From Pseudomonadota bacterium (GTDB lineage Bacteria; Desulfobacterota; Desulfobulbia; Desulfobulbales; SURF-16), in the NCBI GenBank assembly GCA_043809085.1, contig JAZDEG010000010.1:11581-75580 (forward strand): a DNA stretch of 64,000 nt, in the 5' to 3' direction. The position numbers were made by a program, and so were the translations under genes. The notes under the pieces are model-generated. The model was not told the DNA's origin, did not search any database, and saw only the letters and a list, made by a program, of their open reading frames with translations. The stretch's first letter is position 1, and each line of letters opens with the position of its first letter. Positions 37,434 through 48,509 of this stretch are shown here, piece after piece.

Positions 37434-38746
37434 ATCTGCTGTCCAAAAACGATCCCATCTTCGATCCGGTCCAGGAGCACATCAACAATGGTGTTACAGT
37501 CCTTGTCAAGCGCCGGAAAAAGGACGGGGATATAATTTTCCGTGAAACCCCTCATGAGCTTGAAGCGATTTTTTCTGTTTTCCGCCAGCACCCGGTGGGG
37601 CGTCCCCAAATGATTACTGTAAAATGCAGCCTTTTTCACCTGATCAAGATTGCGCAGCAGCGCCACTCTCTTTTCCTTCTCCGGACCGGGAATCTGATTG
37701 CGCATGCCGGAAGCCAGGGTGCCGGAACGTCGGGAATAGGGAAAGACATGGAGATAGGTGACCGGTAACCGCTCCAGAAGGTCGTGGGTATTGGCAAAGG
37801 CGCTTTCCGTTTCCCCTGGAAAACCGACGAGCACGTCCACACCGATGGCGGCATGGGGGATTTTCGCCAAGATGCGGTCAACAATCCCGACAAAATCCGC
37901 CGACGTATAGCGACGGTTCATCTCGCGTAAAATTCTGTCATCACCACTTTGCAGAGGAATATGGAAGTGGGGCATGAAATTTGGTTTTTTCCCCATCAGA
38001 TCGAGCAACTCATCCCCGACCTCTCCCGGCTCAAGGGAACTGAGGCGGAAACGGATGTCCGGATAAAGCGATGTTGCCCGGTCGATAAAATCAATCAAAC
38101 GGGTTTGGGGCGAGAGATCCAGTCCGTACATGCCCACATGGATGCCGGTCAGAACTATTTCCTTATACTCCTGGGCGGCAAATATTTCTATCTGGTGGAG
38201 GGCGCTTTGCGTTTCCAGGCTGCGGCTGCGCCCCCTGGCATAGGGCACGATACAGTACGAGCAGAAGTTGTTGCAGCCATCCTGCAGTTTGAGATAGGCC
38301 CTGGTCCGGCCGGCAAAGCGTGTTGCCGTGAGCGGGCAGATAGTTTTCCGGCTGCCGATGTCGCCCATGTGCATTTCCAGGTCGCACTGTTTTTCGGAAA
38401 GGGCGATGTCCACCAGACGGTGCTTGAAGCCGTTGCCGACAATACAGACCGACCAGTCGGCTATCTCCAGCACCTTGCCGGACGCCACCTGGGAATAACA
38501 GCCGGTGACCACAATCCGGGCCTCGCTGTTTGTCTTGAGCGCTCTTCTTATCATCTGACGAGACTGGGCAGCGGCTTTGGCAGTGACGGCGCAGGTATTG
38601 ATGATGTAGACATCGGCCGGTTGGGAAAAGGGAACAATCTCCGCTTTCCGTTCTTCCAGTTGGGAGAGGAAGGCGGCCGATTCAAACTGGTTCACCTTGC
38701 AGCCAAGCGTGGTGATGGCCACTTTCAGTTTTTTTTGTCCGGTCAT
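37430..38746 (-). CDS. mtaB: Radical-SAM methylthiotransferase, MtaB-like (MiaB family)
   Basis: 438 aa. It has a UPF0004 N-domain with Cys residues (TLGCKVNQFES...NTCAVT...TGC) and the radical-SAM motif GCNNFCSYCIVP. Confidence 0.75.
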   Translation of the reverse strand: MTGQKKLKVAITTLGCKVNQFESAAFLSQLEERKAEIVPFSQPADVYIINTCAVTAKAAAQSRQMIRRALKTNSEARIVVTGCYSQVASGKVLEIADWSVCIVGNGFKHRLVDIALSEKQCDLEMHMGDIGSRKTICPLTATRFAGRTRAYLKLQDGCNNFCSYCIVPYARGRSRSLETQSALHQIEIFAAQEYKEIVLTGIHVGMYGLDLSPQTRLIDFIDRATSLYPDIRFRLSSLEPGEVGDELLDLMGKKPNFMPHFHIPLQSGDDRILREMNRRYTSADFVGIVDRILAKIPHAAIGVDVLVGFPGETESAFANTHDLLERLPVTYLHVFPYSRRSGTLASGMRNQIPGPEKEKRVALLRNLDQVKKAAFYSNHLGTPHRVLAENRKNRFKLMRGFTENYIPVLFPALDKDCNTIVDVLLDRIEDGIVFGQQI

Positions 38747-38749
38747 CTT

Positions 38750-39790
38750 TTAGCCTGCAACCTCCCCGCCGCCGATCATTTCTTGCCCCTGATAAAGGAC
38801 GGCAAACTGGCCCGGAGTTATGGCCCGTTGCGGATCGTGAAAAAAAATCCTGTAATAATCGCCGTCGCGACTCACCTCTGCATCTGCCTCCCGGTGGCGA
38901 TACCGTATCCTGACCATGAATCGGGCCGGCAGGGGGGGAGGTGATCCGGAAATCCAGTTCATGCCGGTGACAAGAAACTCCTGATGCCAGAGATCTTCTT
39001 CCTTGCCGACAATGACCCGATTTTTTTCGGCATCGAGCCCTGTGACATAATAGGGGGTGTGATCGCAGATACCCAACCCCCGGCGCTGGCCGATGGTGTA
39101 TTGAAAAAAACCGTTGTGCACCCCGACTTTTTTGCCGTTTCCCGTGACAATATCACCTTTGTTCCAATCTGTCTCTTCTTTCAGAAAATCGGCCACGCTT
39201 CGCTGCTGGAGAAAGCAGACATCCTGGCTTTCCGTGCCGGTGCCCTGAAATTGACTGAAACCGAGGTCACGAGCCTTTTGATAAACCTCCTCTTTCGTCA
39301 GATCCCCCAGGGGAAAAACAAGGCGCGACAGCTGATCCCGGCCGAGTCCGCAAAGAAAGTAGGACTGGTCTTTTTTGGTGTCTCTGCCCTTTATCAGATG
39401 GTACCCATTTTCATCTTGCCTGAGTCGGACATAATGCCCGGTGGCCATTATGTCCATGCCGCGCCGGCGGACGCATTCAAGGAGCTTGCCGAATTTGATA
39501 CGGGGGTTGCAGATGACGCAGGGATTCGGGGTTTTTCCGGCAAAGTAACTCTGGCGGAAATAATGAATCACTTCCTGGTCAAAGCTTTGGGAAAGATCAA
39601 TGATTTCCAGTGGGATATCAAGCTTAGCGGCAACCGCGCTTACCCTGCTTATCTGTTTTTCTCTGTCCGGCAAACCGATATCCATGAAAAAACCATGAAC
39701 CGTATGACGTTCCCGCAGCAATGCGGCGCACACCGTACTGTCAACCCCACCGCTCATGGCAATGCCGATTTTTGTTTCTGTCGTATCCAC
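38750..39790 (-). CDS. mnmA: tRNA 2-thiouridine(34) synthase MnmA
   Basis: 346 aa with the PP-loop IAMSGGVDSTV, the catalytic Cys region NPCVICN and the ATGHY motif. Confidence 0.9.
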   Translation of the reverse strand: MDTTETKIGIAMSGGVDSTVCAALLRERHTVHGFFMDIGLPDREKQISRVSAVAAKLDIPLEIIDLSQSFDQEVIHYFRQSYFAGKTPNPCVICNPRIKFGKLLECVRRRGMDIMATGHYVRLRQDENGYHLIKGRDTKKDQSYFLCGLGRDQLSRLVFPLGDLTKEEVYQKARDLGFSQFQGTGTESQDVCFLQQRSVADFLKEETDWNKGDIVTGNGKKVGVHNGFFQYTIGQRRGLGICDHTPYYVTGLDAEKNRVIVGKEEDLWHQEFLVTGMNWISGSPPPLPARFMVRIRYRHREADAEVSRDGDYYRIFFHDPQRAITPGQFAVLYQGQEMIGGGEVAG

Positions 39791-39822
39791 GGTTGAAGCA
39801 TCAGAAAAAAAGATTTATGTAA

Positions 39823-39871
39823 GAGCCGTTACGAAATAACTTGTCTCTTTATAACTATTTCGTTACGGCTC
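39823..39871. repeat. 16-bp inverted repeat (15/16 pairing) with a 17-nt spacer in the mnmA/U32 divergent intergenic region
   Basis: GAGCCGTTACGAAATA (39823-39838) and TATTTCGTTACGGCTC (39856-39871) pair with one T:T mismatch. Confidence 0.8.
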
Positions 39872-39991
39872 ATTATGCCGTTCCGGCCATGCAGATAACT
39901 CTGTTATTTATTTGCGCCAGCTTAAGAGGCGATCGAGGAAACATTCAACCAGTTTCGATATAAACCAGTCAACAGCAAAATTGAGAATACC

Positions 39992-41245
39992 GTGGAAAAA
40001 AACAAACCTTTTTCCTGTGAACTGCTGGCGCCGGCCGGCAGTCTGGAAAAACTAAAAACCGCCGTCAGTTACGGGGCCGACGCCGTTTACCTCGGCGGCA
40101 GGGAATTCAGTTTGCGGGCCCATGCCGCTAATTTTTCTCCTGCCGACCTGGAAGAGGGAATCGCCTTTGCCCATGAACGTCGTGTGCGGGTCTTTGTCAC
40201 AGTCAACATCTTTGCCCATAACCGGGATCTGGATAAACTGGCCGTCTACATGAAAGAACTTGCCCGGCTCGGCGCAGACGGGCTCATCATTTCCGATCCG
40301 GGAGTGCTGCGCATTGCCCGCCGGGTGGCACCGCACTTGTCCATCCATCTCTCCACCCAGGCCAATGTGACCAATGTGGAAAGCGGTCTCTTCTGGCAGG
40401 AACAGGGGGTTTCCCGGCTTAATCTGGCGCGGGAGCTTTCTCTTGCCGAAATCCGGCAGATCAGGGCGGGGATTTCCGCCAAAATCGAGGTCTTTGTTCA
40501 CGGAGCCCTCTGCATCTCCTATTCGGGACGCTGCATGTTGAGCTTGTATCTCACCGGCCGGGACGCCAATCAGGGCAATTGCGCCCATCCCTGCCGGTAC
40601 GGTTACCGTTTGCAGGAAGAAAAAAGGCCCGGCCAGTTTTTCCCGGTGGAAGAGGACGAGCGCGGCATGTATATCTTCAACAGCAAGGATCTCTGTCTGT
40701 TGAAACGGCTGCCGGAACTGGTGCGGGCCGGGGTCGACTCGATCAAGATCGAGGGCAGGATGAAGGGCATTTATTACGCGGGCGGCATTGTCCGGATTTA
40801 TCGCGCTGCGCTTGATTATATCCTGCAGGCCATGAATAATGATCCCGAAGGCGAGATCGTCATGCCGCCGGTGTTCATGGAGGAGATGGGAAAACTGGGC
40901 AGCCGGGGGTATACGGAAAATTTTTTTGATGCCCCCCCCGAAAAAGACGATATGTGCTACAGTGGGGCGGTGGTGGATCAGACCTATGTCCCGGCTGGGA
41001 TTGTCTTGAAAAGCGGCGCACGGGCGCTTATCGAGGTGCGCCACCGGCTCATGCCGGGCGAAACCCTAGAGTACATGGGGGAGGGATTAAAAAATATTTC
41101 CTTCCAGGTTCTTGCTCTGGAGAACCTGGAAGGCAGGCAGCTTGAGCAGGCAAATCCGGGCAGCCGGGTTATTCTGACCCCGGATCAGGAGATGGAGTTG
41201 AAGCCATTTACCCTGATCCGTCGCATCCAGAAAAACACGGCATAA
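39992..41245 (+). CDS. Peptidase U32-family protein (RNA-hydroxylation TrhP/RlhA-like group)
   Basis: 417 aa starting GTG. The N-terminus ELLAPAGSLEKLKTAVSYGADAVYLGG and the motif E..VHGALCISYSGRC are the U32 signature. Confidence 0.8.
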   Translation: MEKNKPFSCELLAPAGSLEKLKTAVSYGADAVYLGGREFSLRAHAANFSPADLEEGIAFAHERRVRVFVTVNIFAHNRDLDKLAVYMKELARLGADGLIISDPGVLRIARRVAPHLSIHLSTQANVTNVESGLFWQEQGVSRLNLARELSLAEIRQIRAGISAKIEVFVHGALCISYSGRCMLSLYLTGRDANQGNCAHPCRYGYRLQEEKRPGQFFPVEEDERGMYIFNSKDLCLLKRLPELVRAGVDSIKIEGRMKGIYYAGGIVRIYRAALDYILQAMNNDPEGEIVMPPVFMEEMGKLGSRGYTENFFDAPPEKDDMCYSGAVVDQTYVPAGIVLKSGARALIEVRHRLMPGETLEYMGEGLKNISFQVLALENLEGRQLEQANPGSRVILTPDQEMELKPFTLIRRIQKNTA

Positions 41246-41421
41246 GCGAGGAACGGCTCGTTTATGCCGGAAATATCCATGAATTGCCCAGATACGGATA
41301 TTAACGTTTACGCTTCGGTTTGGCTGAAACGGGCTGCTGTTTTTCCTTTTGATCCGGACTCGGCGCTCGAGTGAGAATATCCAGTTCCTCCTGGCAAATC
41401 CCCTCGTCCCGACCTTCTTTT

Positions 41422-42288
41422 TTATGGGATGTCGGCGTGAGACGCAGTCTGCTTATTTTGCCCATGGTCAATTCCTGATTTCATGCCGGCGTCCGCCATA
41501 AGGGAGCTAGTCAGGGTCCGGAGGTTGCTGCTCACCGCTTCCAGAAATCCGTTGTAGAGAAGACGGTTGATTTCACGGGGAATGCCCTTGCTGATCCGGT
41601 GGACAGTGTCATAGGCGTCGCTGGTCAGAAGTTCGGGGGACCCGCCGCATTTGAGCAGCCGGTATTTGACGAACTGCTCGGTTTCCTCCCGCTTCAGGGG
41701 CGTGAGATGGACGGCAAAGGTAATACGTCCCCGCAACGAGGCGTAGGAGGGGTTGTTCAGACGACGGCTCAGGCTTTCTTCGGCAACGAGAAGAACAGTT
41801 ACCAGTTTTTCCTTTTCTGTTTCCAGATTGGACAGGGTGCGCAGAATATGGAGGGCATCAGCTTTCAGAAAGTGGGCCTCGTCAATGACGACGACAAGCC
41901 TCTTGCCCGCGGCGTGAAGCGCAAGCGCCTTTTCCTGCAGAAGATTGAGACGGTCGTGGGTGAGCCTTGCCTTTTGCTCTTCCTGATCTGCTTCAACAAG
42001 AATCTGACTGAGCAGCATCCCCTTCCCCATCTCCGGATAGACCGGCACAATCACCGGTTTGAACCGGGAACGGTCCAGGTCTCGCACCGCAAGCTGGGAG
42101 AGAAGGGTTTTGCCTGTTCCTGAAACTCCACTGAGCAGAATGAGAGCATGGCTGTCCGCAATGCCGATGCGGATTTTCACCAGTGCCTCTTCGTGCTGGC
42201 GGGTACGATAAAAGAGATCGGCATCAAGGGTGTCCTTGAAGGGATTGCGGGAAAAACCGAATTTTTCCGCCCAGCCGGAGTAGCTCAT
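41422..42288 (-). CDS. ExeA/MshM-like AAA ATPase (no peptidoglycan-binding domain)
   Basis: 288 aa. The N-terminus FGFSRNPFKDTLDADLFYRTRQHEEAL and the Walker A LLSGVSGTGKTLL, with Walker B VVVIDEAH, are typical of the GspA/ExeA/MshM family. Confidence 0.7.
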   Translation of the reverse strand: MSYSGWAEKFGFSRNPFKDTLDADLFYRTRQHEEALVKIRIGIADSHALILLSGVSGTGKTLLSQLAVRDLDRSRFKPVIVPVYPEMGKGMLLSQILVEADQEEQKARLTHDRLNLLQEKALALHAAGKRLVVVIDEAHFLKADALHILRTLSNLETEKEKLVTVLLVAEESLSRRLNNPSYASLRGRITFAVHLTPLKREETEQFVKYRLLKCGGSPELLTSDAYDTVHRISKGIPREINRLLYNGFLEAVSSNLRTLTSSLMADAGMKSGIDHGQNKQTASHADIP

Positions 42289-43346
42289 GCTGTTTTCCTT
42301 TGAGGTTGCGGGGCCTGGTCCCTGGCTGCGCGGATGAGGTTCATGTAGCGGCCGAATGAGGAACTGCCGGGTCCATTGGCGCTGTTCCCCTGGAGAAGGT
42401 TATGGGCAATGGTTCTTGTGTTTTTGCTGACTCGAGCCTCGGGCCTGTAGACCGAGTAAGGAATGCGACGCGCTGTGGCCAGGGAAACAGTGTTGTCTTT
42501 CAGGATGTACCCGCCATTCATGATTGTCCGGCCGAGAAATTCCTTGGCGCAGGCCGCAAAACGCTGGGCGACGTCCGCCGCCTGTTTGAGGTTACCCGCC
42601 ATGTTGACCACCAGATAAAGCGGGCACTGTCCCATGTTTTCCTGATGCATTCCCTTCAGCAGTCCATAAGCGTCGGCGAGCGAGGTGATGTCCGGTGTGA
42701 TGACAAAGATGATTTCATCGGCTGACATGAGAAAATCCCTCACTCCCCGACTCATTCCAGCGCCGGTGTCAACAATAATGATGTCAGCGGCTTTTTCCAG
42801 CTGCATCAAGGATTCGATAATCCGCAAGCGGTCCTGACCGGAGCTGTCGGCCATGGAGAGGATGCCGCTGCCGCCGGCAATAATGCCGATGCCTTCCGGT
42901 CCGGCCTCGATGACTTCCGCCATTTCCACATTTTTACGGATTAAATCCATCAGACTGTGCCGCGGGGTAATACCGGCCAGCAGATGGACATTTGCAAGAC
43001 CCATGTCACCATCGAACAGGACAGTCATTTTGCCCATTCGTTGAAATTCGATGGCCAGGTTGAGGGCAAGGTTGGTTTTGCCCACACCTCCCTTGCCGGA
43101 AGTAACGGCAATGACTCTGGCAAATCGCGAAGTTGTTGCCCGTTGACTTGCTCTGCCCTGCTGGTGGCGGGCATGCACATCCCCAAAGGCGGCCACGCTT
43201 GCCGGCGAAAAGTAGAGCACCCCTCCCTGGAGAATTTTCTCCGGCAGTTCTTCGCCATGCTCCGACTCATAATAGCGCAGCAGGCTTTCTTCGAGACCGG
43301 TCCGCTGGACAAGATCCTCTATGGTCAGCAAAGAAAAGTCCATCAT
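42285..43346 (-). CDS. MinD/FlhG-like P-loop ATPase with an N-terminal HTH-like extension
   Basis: 353 aa. The deviant Walker A VTSGKGGVGKTNLALNLA is followed by DGDMGLANVHLL and IIAGGSG (MinD/FlhG pattern). The first ~80 aa contain LTIEDLVQRTGLEESLLRYYESE, which resembles a MerR-type HTH. Confidence 0.7.
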   Translation of the reverse strand: MMDFSLLTIEDLVQRTGLEESLLRYYESEHGEELPEKILQGGVLYFSPASVAAFGDVHARHQQGRASQRATTSRFARVIAVTSGKGGVGKTNLALNLAIEFQRMGKMTVLFDGDMGLANVHLLAGITPRHSLMDLIRKNVEMAEVIEAGPEGIGIIAGGSGILSMADSSGQDRLRIIESLMQLEKAADIIIVDTGAGMSRGVRDFLMSADEIIFVITPDITSLADAYGLLKGMHQENMGQCPLYLVVNMAGNLKQAADVAQRFAACAKEFLGRTIMNGGYILKDNTVSLATARRIPYSVYRPEARVSKNTRTIAHNLLQGNSANGPGSSSFGRYMNLIRAARDQAPQPQRKTA

Positions 43347-46096
43347 GCTGATTTTGTTTTATTACTTTCCTGTATTTTTATTGCCCGGGAAATGGTGTCG
43401 AGCATTTTGTCCAGCATGAAAGGCTTTTTCAGACAGGCAAATGCGCCTTTTTCCGCCGTGTCCTGGATTTCAGCCATGGAGGCATGCCCGGTGATGATGA
43501 TAACCGCTATTTCCGGATATTCCTGTTTGATGAATTTCAGCACGGCAAATCCGTCTTTCCGCGGCATGCGAAGATCAAGCAGCACGACATGATATTTGTC
43601 ATGCCGAAGTTTCTCCAGCCCTTCAACCCCGTCATAAGCGCCGTCAACACTGTACCCAGCCGACCGCAGGAAGTCCTGGGCAACGGAGTTGAGCGCTTCC
43701 TCGTCGTCAACCACGAGAATCCTGTGTTTGCCCTCTTCTGTTGTTCCTTCTTCTTTCTTGCTGGTCTTCAGAATCTGTTTCATCTGGCGCAATCGGTCGC
43801 TCTTGTCCAGAGGGAGCCGTACCAGAAATGTCGTTCCTTTGCCTTCCGTGCTTTCTACCCGAAGGGCCCCTTTATTGTGCTCCATGATGGTATGGCAGAC
43901 GGCAAGCCCGAGTCCCGTTCCCTCACCTTCCAGTTTGGTGGTGAAAAACGGATCAAAGATCTTGCCCAGATCCTTCCGGGCAATGCCGTAACCGGTGTCG
44001 CGGACAGACACATTGATGAAGTCGTTATCCTGCGAGGCATGAATGGTAAGGGTGCCGCCATTAGGCATGGCCTGGCAACCGTTGATAAAAAGATTCAGGA
44101 AAACCTGCTCGATCTGCTGGGGATCGACCAGGACATGGGAAAGTTGGGGGGGAAGCTGGTTGTCGATGGTGATTTCGGTAAAGGGATCTCGCGTTTCCAT
44201 CATGCTCAGGGTTTTCTTGATGACATCAGCAATATCGATCGGGTCGAATTTCGGTTCAGTGGGCTTGGCAAAGCCCATGAGATTGGTGACAACGTTTGCG
44301 ATGCGTTCCACCTGCCCGGAGATCACCCCCAGTCTTTTGAGGGGCTCGGTATTGTCTTCCTCCGACTTCTGCAGCATACGTTTCAATAGCTGCAGGTTCA
44401 GGGATATAACCGTGAGCGGGTTGTTGACCTCATGGGCGGTGCCATAGGCAAGATGACCCACCGTGGCCAGACGGTGGGAATGAAAAAGCTGCTGCTGATT
44501 CTGTTCCATTTTCCGGGACGCCTCGGCCAGTTTTCTGGCCTGCCGGTTGACAGCCTGCTGCAGAAGAAGACGTTCAATGGCAGTGCCTGCGGCAGCGGCA
44601 AAAGCCTCGAAATTTTTCTGCAGGCCGCCGAAGCCGTTGCGGATGAAATCCGGCCCACTGCTGAAATCAACCAACAACTGACCGAGCAGCGGTTCCTTGC
44701 GCCACCTGGAATTTTTATCCGCCACAAAGAAAGTAGCGAGAAATTTCGAGCCGGACATGATGCTGAACATGCGAGACTCGTCAATTCTGCCGTGCACCAG
44801 ATCATGGGTTGCCTGTTCAAGCCGGTTGGCAGCCTCGATCTCAATATCGCTTGTTGAATAATTTTTGCGTTTTGTCATGTCGGCAAGGATGGTGGGCAGC
44901 TCAATATCATGAAAGACCTGGGAATCTGCCATGGAGCCGACAAAACGATGGGCTTTCGGATCGCGGATCAGACAGAGACAACGTTCCACATCAAAGGCCC
45001 GACAGACGGAATCGCAAACGATTTCCGCCGCCTCTTTCAAACTCAGCTCGGTATGCAGCCGCTTATGCATCTCACAGGTCGTGGCGAGAACCTGGTTGGT
45101 GGCAAATAAAGTCTGGTTGTTTTCATCGAGCTGCAGGCTCATGCGACCAAGGCTGACATTGGCCGAGCGCAGCAGCTTCTGGTATTCATCCTTATCCCAG
45201 AAACCGAGAATTTTACACACCTCTTCCACCCGGTGATGAACATTCTCCATGATTTCATTAAGATGCTGGGCGGTAAGATGATGGAGACGCGTCAGATTTT
45301 CCAGGGCAAAATGGAAGTTCTCGTGGCAGACCGGCTGTTCAGTCAGAAAATAGCTTGAACCGACGTTGTGAGTGACACAGAGAACATCTGCGAATCGGAT
45401 AAGCTGGGGCAGGTTGTCATTTCCCGGGGCAATGGGTTCGACAACCGGCTGGTGATGCAGCCACATGGACCGGGTGAGCATATCGGGAAAACCGTAGCGT
45501 TCACCGATAATCTTGCCCACATCGATATGGTTGAAGCCGGCAATTGCCTGCTCGGCATCAAGGGGCAACGGGTCACTGTCCATGCTGGAGGAGGGTTGCT
45601 CGATTTCCTGGCATATGCGGGAGAAAGTATCTGGGAACTGCTGGTAGCAGACAAGTTTTCCCAGATCATGGATCAACCCGCAAAGGTAGGCCTCATCCGG
45701 GGAGGGAAAATCGAGATGGGAGGCCAGTGTCTCGGCGGTGGCGGCCACGCCGATGGCGTGCAGCCAGAAGTGGACAAGTTTTTCCTGCTCTTTTTCCGTG
45801 GTTGCCGAAAAGCTGTCAAAAATCGAAACGGACAGGATAATACTGCGGATCGCATTTAAGCCCGCAGCCGAGATGGCCTGGGGTATGGTGGTAATTTCAC
45901 GCCTGGCTCCGACATGGGCGGAATTGGCATACCGCAGGATCTTGCCGGTGAGCACTTGATCATTTTTCAACAGTTCCGCCAGGGAGTCAAAGGTGGAACT
46001 CTGACCCTCCATGAGACGGATTGCTTCCATGGCCACGGATGGCAGAGTGGGAAGGCTGTCGAGGTTAAACCCTCGCTCCAAAAGGTTTTCCGGCAT
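43343..46096 (-). CDS. Hybrid sensor histidine kinase: HDOD, GAF-like, HisKA/HATPase and C-terminal receiver domains
   Basis: 917 aa. HDOD: LPTLPSVAMEAIRLM...ILRYANSA...GLIHDLGKL. H-box: GHLAYGTAHEVNNPLT. HATPase motifs: RDTGYGI, GTGLGL. REC: ILVVDDEE...VLLDLRMPRKDG. Confidence 0.85.
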   Translation of the reverse strand: MPENLLERGFNLDSLPTLPSVAMEAIRLMEGQSSTFDSLAELLKNDQVLTGKILRYANSAHVGARREITTIPQAISAAGLNAIRSIILSVSIFDSFSATTEKEQEKLVHFWLHAIGVAATAETLASHLDFPSPDEAYLCGLIHDLGKLVCYQQFPDTFSRICQEIEQPSSSMDSDPLPLDAEQAIAGFNHIDVGKIIGERYGFPDMLTRSMWLHHQPVVEPIAPGNDNLPQLIRFADVLCVTHNVGSSYFLTEQPVCHENFHFALENLTRLHHLTAQHLNEIMENVHHRVEEVCKILGFWDKDEYQKLLRSANVSLGRMSLQLDENNQTLFATNQVLATTCEMHKRLHTELSLKEAAEIVCDSVCRAFDVERCLCLIRDPKAHRFVGSMADSQVFHDIELPTILADMTKRKNYSTSDIEIEAANRLEQATHDLVHGRIDESRMFSIMSGSKFLATFFVADKNSRWRKEPLLGQLLVDFSSGPDFIRNGFGGLQKNFEAFAAAAGTAIERLLLQQAVNRQARKLAEASRKMEQNQQQLFHSHRLATVGHLAYGTAHEVNNPLTVISLNLQLLKRMLQKSEEDNTEPLKRLGVISGQVERIANVVTNLMGFAKPTEPKFDPIDIADVIKKTLSMMETRDPFTEITIDNQLPPQLSHVLVDPQQIEQVFLNLFINGCQAMPNGGTLTIHASQDNDFINVSVRDTGYGIARKDLGKIFDPFFTTKLEGEGTGLGLAVCHTIMEHNKGALRVESTEGKGTTFLVRLPLDKSDRLRQMKQILKTSKKEEGTTEEGKHRILVVDDEEALNSVAQDFLRSAGYSVDGAYDGVEGLEKLRHDKYHVVLLDLRMPRKDGFAVLKFIKQEYPEIAVIIITGHASMAEIQDTAEKGAFACLKKPFMLDKMLDTISRAIKIQESNKTKSA

Positions 46097-46203
46097 AACG
46101 GACTGTCAGCCTGTCTCAATAAGGAATGAGATGACGATGCCATATTCCCTGACGGCATCGCCAAATAGTTGCTCCACCGACGGTGAAACTATCGTCCGAT
46201 GCT

Positions 46204-46542
46204 TCATCCGCTGGCGCATGCCTGGTCCTGTTTGCCACCGGCTGCACCGGCCGCGCCGAGGATGTACTGGCGGGAAACCTTTACCCGGATGTTGTCGGCG
46301 ATTTCAAGTGTGACCACCGTGTCGGTCAGACCGGTGATCTTGCCGTGCAGTCCACCTCCGGTGATAACTTCATCACCTTTTTTCAGGTTGGAAAGAAACT
46401 CCTGCAGGGCTTTTGCCTTTTTCTGCTGGGGGCGGATGAGCAGGAAATAAAACACCACAAAGATGAGGATCATCGGCAGAAAGCCTGTAAGAGGATTTCC
46501 GGCGGGAGCTGCCGCATCGGCAGCATAAGCTAATGAGGTCAT
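46204..46542 (-). CDS. yajC: Preprotein translocase subunit YajC
   Basis: 112 aa with LPMILIFVVFYFLLIRPQQKKAK...GDEVITGGGLHGKI. Confidence 0.9.
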   Translation of the reverse strand: MTSLAYAADAAAPAGNPLTGFLPMILIFVVFYFLLIRPQQKKAKALQEFLSNLKKGDEVITGGGLHGKITGLTDTVVTLEIADNIRVKVSRQYILGAAGAAGGKQDQACASG

Positions 46543-46562
46543 GCATTTACTCCTTAATTTTT

Positions 46563-48391
<1,829 letters not shown>

Positions 48392-48509
48392 TTTTTCTTA
48401 CGTAAATAATGTCCAGTTAAAATTAAGAACCGATCCTGATTGCATAAAGCGGCATTTATGATAGGTTGGAAACTTTTGTCCCATTAAATTTTCGGCAGTG
48501 TAACCTAAT

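Noticed and set aside
37949-38944. 331-aa plus-strand ORF
   Set aside because: It lies entirely antisense to the well-supported mtaB-like and mnmA genes. Its Gly/Arg/Ala-rich, low-complexity translation is typical of a shadow ORF in GC-rich coding DNA.
40052-41044. 330-aa minus-strand ORF
   Set aside because: It is antisense to the U32-family gene, which has clear family signatures. It has no motifs of its own and is a shadow ORF.
41246-41421. 176-bp convergent spacer between the U32 gene and the ExeA-like gene, inspected for a terminator or small gene
   Set aside because: I found only 4-5 bp stems and no ATG-initiated ORF with a Shine-Dalgarno. A short basic frame (…KPKRKR) lacks a plausible start. 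Nothing here is supportable.
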